64,000 nucleotides of DNA, from assembly GCF_009914755.1 (NCBI RefSeq), contig NC_060929.1; one strand, given 5' to 3'. A program made the translations under genes and the position numbers. The notes below the pieces were generated by a model. The model worked only from the letters and a program-made list of their open reading frames with translations, was not told where the DNA came from and made no database searches. Numbering within the stretch: the first letter of the stretch is position 1; every line of letters begins with the position of its first letter. This stretch comes from the human T2T-CHM13v2.0 reference genome, Homo sapiens. Below, one piece after another: positions 41,315 to 52,746 of this stretch.

Positions 41315-42930
41315 ATTAACACATCTATCACCACTCATGCTGTACATTAGATCTCCAAAAGTTGTTCATCTTATAGCTGGAGGTTTATACCCTTTGACCA
41401 ACAATCTCCTCATTTTCCCCACTCCCCAGCCCCTGGCAACTACTGTTCTACTTTCTGCTTGTATATGAATTCAATTTTTTTCTTTCTGGGACACAGTCTC
41501 GCTCTGTTGCCCAGGCTGGAGTGCAATGGCCCCATCTCAGCTCACCGCAACCTTTGCCACCCAGGTTGTAAGTGATTCTCCTGCCTCAGCCTCCCGAGTA
41601 GCTGGGATTACAGGCACCCGCCACCATGCCCAGCTAATTTTTGTGTTGTTGTTGTTTTTTTTTTTAGTAGAGATGGTTTACCATGTTGGCCAGGCTGGTC
41701 TCAAACTCCTAACCTCAGGCGATCCACCCACCTCGGCCTCCCAAAGTGCTGGGAATATAGGCGTGAGCCACCGCGCCCAGCTGAGTTCAACTTTTAAGTG
41801 AGATCTTATAGAATTTGTCTTTCTGTGTCCGGCTTATTTCACTTAGCATAATGCTCTGCAGGTTTATCTATGTTGTTGCAAATGCCAGGATTTCCTTCTT
41901 TTATGGCTGAATAACATTCTAATGTATATATGTCCCACAATTTCTTTATTCATTTATCTGTTGATGGACACTTAGGTTGTTTCCATCTCTTGGCTGCTGT
42001 GAATAATGCTTCAATGAACACAGGGGTGTAGATACTTCTTCAAGATACTGATTTCATTTTCTTCGGATATATATCTAGAAACAAAATTGCTAGATTATAT
42101 CTTGTTCTATTTTTAATTATTTGAGGAAACTTCATATTGTTTTCCATAATGGCTGTACCAATTTTTATTCCCACCAACAATGTACAAGGGTTCCCTTTTC
42201 TCCATATCCTCACTGACACTTGTTATATCTTTTATTTTTCATAGTAGTCATCCTAACAGGTGTGAGGTGATACCTCATTGTGATTTTGATATGCATTTCT
42301 CTGATGATCAGTGATTTTGAGCATTTTTTCACAGATCTGCTGGGCATTTGTCTATCTTCTTTTGAAAAAATGTCAATCCGGGTCCTTTGCCCCTTCTGAA
42401 ATTGGGTTACTTGAGTTTTTTCTATTGAGTTGTCTGAGTTAAGGAACTTCGATATTTTGGATATTAATCCCTTATCAGTTACATGGTTTCCAAATATTTT
42501 CTCCCATTCCATAGGTTGTCTTTTCATTGTGTTGACTGTTTCATTTGCCAAGCAGAAGCTTTTTTGTTTGTTGTAGTCTCAATTGTTCATTTTTGCTTTT
42601 GTTGCCTGTGCTTTTGGTGTCACATCCAAGACCAATGTCAAGTAGCTTTTCTCCTATCTTTTCTTCTAAGAGTTTTATGGTTTCAGACCTTATATTTAAG
42701 TCTTCAATCCATTTCAAGTTAATTTGTGTATATGTTGTAAAATAAGGGTCCAATTTCATGTTTTGTATGTGGATACACATTTTCCCTAACACCATTTGTT
42801 GAAGAGACTGTCCTTTCCCCATTGTGCATTCTTGGTGCCCTTGTAAAAGACTGGCTGACTATACATGTGTGGGTTTATTTCTGGGCTCTTTATTCCTTTT
42901 TATTGGTCTAAATGTCTGTTTTTATGCATA
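41315..42930 (-). mobile_element. L1MA/MB 3' fragment (ORF2 C-terminus + 3'UTR), interrupted by an Alu
   Basis: Minus-strand ORFs ...MKRQPMEWEKIFGNH...IKITMRYHLTPVRM and [22 protein letters not shown] are L1 ORF2 remnants, followed by an L1MA-type 3'UTR. Confidence 0.9.
41475..41781 (-). mobile_element. Alu (AluS-like)
   Basis: Reverse Alu with TSD-like GA(A/G)TTCAA(T/C)TTTT. Confidence 0.93.
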
Positions 42931-43174
42931 TAAATGTATTCTTTAATCCAAATGCTACCAGGATGTCCAGGATTGAATAAAAATCAGCAATCCTCACTGA
43001 CTAATCCAAGAAAAGAACATGCAACATTGTCTTTAGTTTAGCATTTAATGTTTTAAAATAAACTTTAGAATGCTAAAGTTGTTGATCAGAATTGCAAGAG
43101 ATGAAGCAGCACTAAAATGCTTTGTTTGAATTTTTTTCACCCAGTGAACATTACGTCTTTTCTGGTAACAATAG

Positions 43175-43564
43175 TGTGATGGTTAATTTTGTGTGTCAAC
43201 TTGACTGGTTTAAGGATACCCAGATAGCAAGTAAAACATGATTTCTGGATGTGTCTATGAGGGTTTTCTGGAAGAAATTAGCCCATATAGAACAAAAAAG
43301 ATAGAAGGAGGATGGATTCACTCTTCCTTCTGGAGCTGGGACATCCATCTTATGCCCTTGGACATCAGAACTCCAGGTTGTCAGGCCTTCAGATGTGGAA
43401 TATGACACTACCAGCTTCTCTGGTTCTCCAGTTTGCAGATGGCAGATCATAAGACTTTTTGACCTCCAAAATCACGTGAGCCAAACCCCATGATAAATCC
43501 CCTTTTATACATATCTTTATATATCCTATTCATTCTGTTTCTCTGGAAAATCTTGACTAATACA
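43175..43564 (+). mobile_element. MLT2 solo LTR (ERVL)
   Basis: TGTGATGGTTAATTTTGTGTGTCAACTTGACTGG...TTCTGTTTCTCTGGAAAATCTTGACTAATACA; TSD AATAG/AAAAG. Confidence 0.9.
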
Positions 43565-44883
43565 AAAAGTTTTGCTCAAAACAGAAGGTTTGAAAAATAA
43601 AATAAAATAAAAAATATAGAATCACTTGTAATTTTTCTTGATTTCCAGAAATAACCTGTTAATATTTTTGATTGTGTCTTTCTAGTGTCTTATTATACAT
43701 CCCCATAGCACTAGATATTTCCCGCATTGGAATAGTCATCATGCTTGTAATATTAGTTTAAGGTTTTCTTTTCCCAAGATACCACAGTCTTTGTGAAGCA
43801 GGCCTTTCCCTGCCTCATGCAGTACCATATCCAGAGTGCCTAGTATAGTGTCTGGCACATAGCAGCAGACATTCAACAAATACTGGCCATGAACAGATAG
43901 CTGTTTTCTATGCATTTATATATATTTTATACATATGCTTTTTGCTTCCTAATAGTTTATACAGCACATGTAGAATGCATTTTCAAATAAAAATCCTTTT
44001 ATGCACAATTTATAATACTATCTCTGGTCAAACAATCATTGACACCTTATTTCCCTTCTACTTTGAAAATATATGCCTAATAAATCTTTAAGTAGATACT
44101 TCATAACATACTACATATTCCAAGCCAGATCACACTTACACAGTAAAAAATCAATAGAGCCAAGCATGGATACTCAGCAGAAAACATTTATTTAAATATT
44201 GAGAATGCTGTAGTAGTGTTTCCAAAGTTGTGGAAGAGTACCTCATCTTTTTAATTTTTGACAATTTCTCATAAGGAAAGCAGTTGAATTGCAATGCTCC
44301 CATGAGACTAACCTGTTTTTTTAAGGAGGTGGGGAACTAGTATACAAATCACTGACGTAACCGAAGGTGATGGAGTCTCCTAAGAAATTTTAAAACCAAT
44401 GTATGATTATAATGAGAACAGGTATTTTAAAGTGGAAAAGAATGATAAGACCTCTTATCCCATGACTGATTACTATATATTTCTCAAAAAATCTGAAAGA
44501 AGGGGAAAATTAAAATATTAAATTTGATGCATCATATCCATTCTACAACTTCCTCTTGGTTACCAAGAACTCATTCATCACTAAATATAATCATCATCTC
44601 TTTTAAACTCTCTTCTTCATTGACACATTTTTTTCAGTTATAAAATAGCAAGACACTATTCTAAGCACATTACAATTGGTATCACCTTCTTTGCTTTCAA
44701 TACTTTGTATTGGTTTTCCTCTTCCCTCTCTGGCCACGTTTTCCTACCTTTTTACTGGGCTTAGTTTCCTTTCCTTCTTCTGTAAATATTGGTGATCTTC
44801 TTCCATTTTCTCATGCTATGAGCTCTCCTTAAGCAGTCTCATGTACATAATTTAAACTATAGCAATGTCTAGAACCATATTTC

Positions 44884-45336
44884 TTTTTTTTGCTATATAT
44901 AATAGTATATTTTTTTCTAGAAGTTTTTTTTAATACTTTAAGTTCTAGGGTACATGTGCACAATGTGCAGGTTTGTTACATACGTTTACATGTGCCATGT
45001 TGGTATGCTGCACCCATTAACTCGTCATTTACATTAGGTATATCTCCTAATGCTATCCCTCCCCACTCCCTCCACCCCACTACAGGCCCCAGTGTGTGAT
45101 GTTCCCCACCCTGTGTCCAAGTGTTCTCATTGTTCAATTCCCACCTATGAGTGAGAACATGCAATGTTTGGTTTTCTGTCCTTGGCAACAGTTTGCTCAG
45201 AATGATTGTTTCTAGCTTCATCCATGTCCCTACAAAGGACATGAACTCATCCTTTTTTATGGCTGCATAGTATTCCATGGTGTATATGTGCCACATTTTC
45301 TTAATCCAGTCTATCATTGATAGACATTTGGGTTGG
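44884..45336 (-). mobile_element. Short 5'-truncated L1PA (L1PA4/5-like) 3' end
   Basis: TACTTTAAGTTCTAGGGTACATGTGCACAATGTGCAGG...; perfect TSD TAGAACCATATTTCT (44870-44884, 45337-45351). Confidence 0.95.
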
Positions 45337-46150
45337 TAGAACCATATTTCTAATATCCTGGTCACGTCCTCTTCCATTCTCTGAAGTTTTTGGCACTCTT
45401 CCTCTGTATCTCAAGCTAGGCTTTCATCCTAGGTGATACAATATCCTGGGTGGTCTGTGTGACACCTGCGTCACACATCTCCCACAATGACCTCCATCAT
45501 CCCACCTGAGCCACCCACTCCCATAGTCATTCTTTGGAACTTACCATCAACTTCAAAGGGATTAATTTAAGATTCTGTGCTGTGAACAAAGCTTCCTTTT
45601 TTCCATTTTCTCCTTGAAATATACTCCCACCACAATTTTTTTAAGCCTCATTAGATTTCTAGCCCATTGATCCTTTATTCTCCTGACAACCTTTTGACTT
45701 CACTTCCTTTCTTATAGACCATAGATACAATAATCCAACCTAGTTAAATGTTATTTTGCCAGTACCCTAAAATTATTTTCAAAATTGTCCTTCTCTCCTA
45801 CCTTCTGTAATGTTACTATCCCTAAATGAGTCTATTTAAGTCTGCCTTTACCAAGCCCACTCAGGCTCTGATATTCTGCTGAAGAAAATCCTATGCCAGG
45901 TAGGTTAATATTGCCATTTATTAATGACTATTAACCTTAACCCTCACATGGCCTAAAGAGATACTATATTACTTGCCCAACTCTCCAATTGTTCACCATG
46001 ATTATTCCAAAATGTTTCATGTTATCTTCAATATCTGCTACCCTTTCTTCCACCTCCCAGAATCTTAATCACTTCCAGAAGACTTTCTCATCTCCTACCC
46101 TACTGAGAAGAGAGTAACTATAAAAGGCAGTTTCCTGAAGTTGTCACCTT

Positions 46151-47682
46151 TTAAAAATTGAAGTACAGTTTATTTAAGTTTGAAAACATTTCAGCATTTG
46201 AAACATAAAAAAACCCAGAACATTGCAAATCTTGTTTAAGTACGGAAGGCTATTGAACTTTCATTGACACAGTGGCTCTTTGCTTTGCTGACAGTGAAGA
46301 GCTCTACAGTTTGTCTAAAAACAATTTAAAAACGACTGCATTTAACTAAAAAAAAATTCTAACACTTCTCATGCCACCTGACCCCCTTATTCCAAGCAGC
46401 ACAATGCTATGTCACTATATAAAAAAACAAGACTACCCTAAGCTAAACGGAAGCCCATCACAGTGGAAACAGTTCCAGCCTCACAGTGCACCCTCTGAGC
46501 TATGGCCCCTGCAAAAGACATCTCTCCCTATAGCCTCAATACCAAGCATCAAGAGTTTGTATTGGTTGTTTTATTCTTTTTACAAACTATAAATATGAAC
46601 GGTTAATAACTCAGCATTTCTAGCCAATAACCATACAGTTAACACCACCTTACAAATTAAAAAAGTCAGAAACATCTTTAAATGCCTTGTTACACCAACA
46701 ACAAAGTACACAGTGAACAGAACACAACAGTGCTTTTTCATTTTTAAAATGTTTGGAAATACATACAACTTTGATACCATTTCAGGGTGTTCCGGACACC
46801 CATGGCCACTTCATGTAAACCACTGACAACTTCTAGAGCACTTTGAGAGGCTACAATATGATCATCATCAGATTTTGTAATTAAATCTAATGAGGCCAAT
46901 AGACACTTCACAATAAGAAACTATCAATTACAATCCTCCCGTATTCTAAGATATTCACATAGAGATAGATAAATGGTTTTAAAGTCATCCTCCTCCACTG
47001 CCTCCTCCTCTTCATTCTCCTCATCTTCTTCGTCTTCTGCTTCCACCTTTTTCCAGGCAATGTTAGTAGGATGTTTTGTGCCATCAAACTTTCCTTTATG
47101 CTTACAGTCAGCAACATCCTTCTCATACTTCTCCTTCAGTTTTGCTGCCTTAGTGATGTAAGAGTGCTCTTCACTGTCACTTAAGTTATTCCTCATCTCA
47201 CCCAGCTTTTTTTTTTTTTTTTTTTTTTGCTACTTCTCCAATAGAGACACAAAGGTTTGTGGATTTAATCTTGGGACAAAATTCTGAACAGAATGGGAAA
47301 TACCAGATGTTGGTCTTCTAGGGGCATAAAGGTTCTTCTTCTTGCCTCTTTTAGCTGGTCTGTAATCCTTCATTTCCCAATCATAGCATACTTTATTTGC
47401 CTTTGCAATTTCATCAAATTTAGACTTATCTTTCCCAATCATAGCATACTTTATTCTCCTTTGCAATTTCATCAAATTTAGACTTCTCTTTCCCAGACAT
47501 CCTCTTCTACCTCTCAGACCAAATTCTGCAAAATCAAAAGAGTCCTCTGGGTTTTTCTTCTTACATTCTTCTCTTCAATTCTGTGCAAAGAAGGCATAAG
47601 CAGACATCTTGTCTTTTAATTTGTTACAATCACCTTTAACCCTCCTGACTGTATTGTTTGTTAGTTTGGGCAATGCAGGGCA
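46151..47682 (-). pseudogene. Processed pseudogene of HMGB3 (5'UTR + CDS ~47643-46981 + 3'UTR)
   Basis: Intronless HMG-box remnants ([53 protein letters not shown]) plus acidic tail. Start ATG>AGG at 47643-47641, stops and frameshifts, AATAAA at 46174-46169, degenerate TSD CCTGAAGTTGTCACCTT / CCTCAACTTGTCATCTT. I recall HMGB3P17 near CEP120 but cannot confirm the number. Confidence 0.95.
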
Positions 47683-47759
47683 CCTCAACTTGTCATCTTA
47701 AGACCTACAAATTTACATTTGCACCTGCTCTTTCCTCCTTTTATCTTAAATCCACTACA

Positions 47760-48080
47760 ATTCACTCAACAAACAACATTTACTGAGTGCCTACTATGTG
47801 CCAGGCACTTTGCTAGGTGCTAGGAGCACAAATATTAAGCTAACTAGTCTCTTACTTCATGGAGCTTGTAGTTTTGTGGGAAAGAGATCCCTTAAATAAC
47901 TATGTTAATCATCAATTAATTACATTTGTGATAAGTGCCATGATGAAAACAGGGTGCTGTAAGATCATAAAACAGGAAGATATGACCTATATTTAAAATA
48001 AAGACTTTATATAAGTAAGATAAGCAGGAGTTTTTCAGGAAAGAGGTACGTAAGTGGAAGAAATTTCAGCCAAGAGCATG
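47760..48080. mobile_element. L2 fragment
   Basis: CACTCAACAAAC...ATTTACTGAGTGCCTACTATGTGCCAGGCACTTTGCTAGGTGCT. Confidence 0.8.
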
Positions 48081-48081
48081 G

Positions 48082-48468
48082 TGTATTAGTCTGTTCTCAT
48101 ATTGCTATAAAGAACTACCTGAGACTGAGTAATTTATAATGAAAAGAGGTTTAGTTGGCTTATGGTTCTACAGGCTATACAGGAAGCATGACTGGGGAGG
48201 CCTCCGGAAACTTACAGTCATGATGGAAGGGCAAAGGGGAAGCAAGCACATCTTCACATGGTGGCAGGAGAGAGACAGAGAACAAGGCGGAAAGTACTAT
48301 ACACTTTTAAACCATCAGATCTCATGTGAATTCACTCACTATCACCAAAACAGCAAGGGGAAAATCTGCTCCCATGATCCAATCACCTCCCGCCAGGTCC
48401 CTCCCCCAATATTGGGAATTACAATTCAACATGAGATTTCGGTGGGAACACAGAGCCAAACCATATCA
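48082..48468 (-). mobile_element. MaLR solo LTR (THE1D/MSTA-like)
   Basis: TGTATTAGTCTGTTCTC...GAGCCAAACCATATCA with perfect 5-bp TSD CATGG. Confidence 0.95.
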
Positions 48469-49649
48469 CATGGATAACAGCATGTCTTTCCAAGGAAATG
48501 AGAAATGATTGAAATGTCTGGAGTATAGAAAAACCAGTATAAGATGAGGTTGAGGGCAGACTGGTCCTTGTTAATCATGTTAGGAATTCTGGTCATTTTT
48601 CAAACAGTAAGACATTATAAGAAGGAGATTATGGAATTGGGAGACATCAATCTATATGTATCAACATAGAAAGATGTTCACAATGCAGGCAAAAGATAAC
48701 AAGTTACTGAATAATATGTATAGTATGTATGATTGCACATGTGAAAAAACTGTTTTCTTACACATAGTAAATCTGAAGAGAGACACAACCAGACAGCAGA
48801 TTAAAAATAAGTGGAAGGATGTGTAATCAAATGTTAAATGTGATTGAGAGTAGAACTGTGGATGCTATCTAGTTTTGTTTTTCTTGTTTATGTTTTCTGG
48901 GTATTTTCTAATTGTTTGGTGATTGACATATATAATATAAAGAAAAAAATGTTTTTAAGTTAAAAATCCAAAGGCAAATAATCTGGGAGAAGGCATACCG
49001 ATGTTCCCTCCCACCTGCATCTATAACAGCTATCCATAATAAAAGGAAAAATAAATTAAAATTTTGGAGGCAGGAATAAATGAAAAGCTATTTTATGCTT
49101 AGGATACCACAGGCTTTTTTTTTTCTTAATGTGATACTATGCTAAAAGAATCTCTAGGGACATGGAAGTGTTAATGCACTTCTCTAAGTACTCAACAAAA
49201 AGTAAGAGGCAGCAAGTTAAAACGGCCCTTCAAAATTGGATGGATGCCTGAGCAAAATCCAATTAGTGGCAGCCTCCTCCGGAGTTGAGACTAAGAACCC
49301 ATTTCCATTAGAGTGGTCCTTGGTCCAAATCAGATCATTGTTTTAGGAACTCAGGTCTCTCCATGACAGATCCAGCTTAGTTTAGGACCCTTGGGACCCT
49401 AGTACCTAATGTATCAGTGGAAGTGCCTTTTATGTAGAAGACTCACTGAAATGAATGAATTAATGAAAACATAATAATAATATGGCTAGAAGGGCAGTCC
49501 GAGCATCAGAAATTTTGAGAAGCTGAACAAAATAATAAAACAGTAATGATAATAGTGATAGTAAAAGTAAAATAGTTGCTATAAGGTAAGGCAAATACCC
49601 AGCTCCTAGAGTCTACTAAAATTGACAAAAAATAATGTTATCAGAAAAA

Positions 49650-50013
49650 TGCTTTCTTCGTTTTGGCTGCTATAATGAATGCCGTAAACTGAGTAGCTTA
49701 AACAACAGGTATTTCTCATCGTTCTGAGGCTGGATGTCTGAGATTAGGGTGCCTGCCTGATTCTTGGAGAGGGGTTCCTATCTACCTGATTATGTCCTCA
49801 CATGGTCTCCCTTGGTGTGCATACACACACAGAGAGATATCTCAAGTCTCTTCCTCTTTTTCTAAGAGTATTAGTCTTATCATGGGGTCTCCACCCTCAT
49901 GGCCTCACCTAAACCTAATTACCTCCCAAATGCCCCACCTCCCAATACCATTACACTGGGGACTAGGACTTCAAGATAGGTATTTGGGGGGAACACAAAC
50001 ATTCAGTCACTAG
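49650..50013 (-). mobile_element. MaLR LTR (MLT1A-like)
   Basis: GGCTGCTATAA...GCTTAAACAACAG...AAACCTAATTACCTCCCAAA...ACACAAACATTCAGTC. Confidence 0.8.
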
Positions 50014-50115
50014 GAAATGCCAACATAATTTACAGAGGCAGAATGTCTCCTGAGTCATTTTATAACTGGTTACACATTAAATGATGCCATTATTTTTATA
50101 AAGAAAAAAATAAAG

Positions 50116-50283
50116 CCAGTCCTGGTGGTAAATCCCTATAGCCCCAGCTACTTAGGAGCCTGAGGTGGGAAGGTCTCTTAGGCCCAGGAGTTAGAGACTG
50201 CACTGAGCTATGATCGTACCACTGCACTCAACCCTGGGTGACAGAGGGAGACCTCGTCTCTAAAAAAGAAAAAAAAAAAAAAA
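50116..50283 (+). mobile_element. Alu right monomer (FRAM/AluJ-like)
   Basis: CCCAGCTACTTAGGAG...GACTGCACTGAGCTATGATCGTACCACTGCACTC...A tail. Confidence 0.85.
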
Positions 50284-51174
50284 GGTGGGGGTTGTCAACC
50301 AAAGTTGAGTAGTCAGCATGAATGCCTAGATAAAAGGACATCAAAGAGAAAACTTGGCAATACCCGCTCAGCGTGTCCAGTGGAAAAGAGATATTCGAAT
50401 CCTAACTGCTCTATTGGGACTCTGCGGTGAGTGACCCTATTTTGGAGGCTGATAAACCAGGTTATTATGGGGTGATGTCATTAGGCATTTAAGCACTACA
50501 ATTCTTCTCTTCCCCTCTCAACTGTCACCACCCTTTCCCTCATCCCGTGTTCACTAAATAGCTTCTGATTGTAATATGCTTTCCCATGCGCATTTCCTAC
50601 AGGGAAGGAATGTGCTGCTCTCGCAGACTTGAACAGTCCATGGGACTGCTCTTCTTAGCTAGCTGTCATTCTCATTTATACAAGCTGTCTTCTCCAAGCT
50701 CCTCTGGCGTATGACTATATCTAGAGGCTAAATATAGTCCAGAAATGCTAATCAAAAGGGATGAACTTTCCTATTTTACTTATTTATAGATTTAGCCCCT
50801 TACTCACAATCTTCCTCTTCATCCCAAACTCTGTCCTCCTCCTGGGTGATTTAAACATTCATGTGGCTGTCCCTTTCAGCATTTTGGCCTCTTGCTTCTT
50901 TGGCATGCACATATTCCATTAGCTTTTCCTTTATTCCACTGCAGCCATATGCTCCCATGGCCATATCCTAGATCCTGTCACCACTTGAAATTTTTTTACA
51001 TCCTAAGTCATTAACTCCAGTTTCTTATTCTCTGACTACAGCTTTTTCTCTTTCCAGCTTGCTAGTTCCCTACTCATACCCATTGCCTCTTTAGTTCCTT
51101 TAAGGAATCAGAGCAATGCAAGGTTTTCTCACAGATTTTTGTCATCATTCTCAAAAGATTGTTACTTGTACACC

Positions 51175-51660
51175 TTTTTTTCTATTGTGGGAAAATATAC
51201 ATAACATAATATTTTCTATTTTAACCATTTTGAAGTATATAATTTAGTGGCATTAAGTATATTCACATTGCTGTGCAGCCATCCATCTCCAGAACTCTTC
51301 ATTTTGCAAAACTGAAACTTTATATCCATTAAACAATAATTCCTCATCCCATCCTCCCCTTAGGGCCTGGCAAACACCATTTACTTTCAGTCTTTGTGAA
51401 TTTGACTACTCTAGGCACCTTATACAAGCAGAATCGTATGGTATTTGTCCTTTTGTGTCTGGCTTATTTCACTTAGCACAATGTCCTCAACGTTAATCCA
51501 TGTTATAGCAAGTATCAGAATTTTCTTCCTTGTTAAGGCTGAATAGTAGTTAATTGTATGTATATGCATATTTTGTTTATCCATTCATTTATGATGAACA
51601 CTTGAGTTGCTTCCATCATTTGGCTATTGTGAATAATGCTACTATAAACATTAGTGTACT
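51175..51660 (-). mobile_element. L1MB 3' end
   Basis: ATTGTGGGAAAATATACATAACATAA...TTAACCATTTTGAAGTATATAATTTAGTGGCATTAAGTATATTCAC. Confidence 0.88.
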
Positions 51661-51969
51661 CATTCATCTTTCTTATTGCCAGTCTGAGAGATTCTGTAGT
51701 TTATTTGAATATGAACCAAACCAGTATTAAAATGATTCCTAAAATATTTGATATTTATCTTTCATCTTTACTTTTTCTGAAAATGGCAGCAATAATTCAG
51801 ATGTAACTTGTGATGGTCATTTTTAACTAAGCTATTTTATACTTGTAAAAGGCCGTTCATTGATTGGGTATGCTATCAATGAGTATGAGTACTCCACTAA
51901 TGCTGGCTAGCCAAAGTATGTTTATTCAACACCCAAAAATATATAATGTACCACCTTAGGAAGATTTAA

Positions 51970-52280
<311 letters not shown>

Positions 52281-52394
52281 AGAGAAGATTTAGATTAATA
52301 ATATGGCTTTCAAATATAGTTTTTCAAAGGGATTTTTAATTAAACGCAAGGTCAACTCTCTTTTCTTTCAGGCATATGCGAGAATTTTAGAGAA

Positions 52395-52746
52395 TTTTAT
52401 TCTCGGCTCTCCTTGTAGTTAGGAAAGGCCAGGAGACTAGTTCTGGTGAATGGATTGGAAGAAGTGTATGTGTGCCTCTTTCAGACTGAAGCAATGTGGG
52501 CCCACTTCTATGCCAAAGCTCCTTCTTCCTCTGCTGCATTGACTAAGGAGAACATTTGTTCCAGATGGCACAGCAATAGGATGGTAGAATCAATAATAAA
52601 CCATCACTGAGCAGCCACATGGAAGGCATTTGCCTTGGACAGTTGCCCAGAACTTCAACAGACATTTTGTAAGCAAGAAATACACCACCAAGGTTTGTAG
52701 GGTTATTTGTTTCTGCAACATAAGCTAACCTATCCTGACTAATACA
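52395..52746 (+). mobile_element. Old MaLR LTR (MLT1H/J-like)
   Basis: CCTTGTAGTTAGG...GACTAGTTCTGGTGAATGG...GGGTTATTTGTTTCTGCAACATAA...CTATCCTGACTAATACA. Confidence 0.75.

Noticed and set aside
46924-47475. HMG-box-like ORFs as a functional HMGB gene
   Set aside because: Lost ATG, premature stops, a 58-bp duplication and an A22 expansion disrupt the frame.
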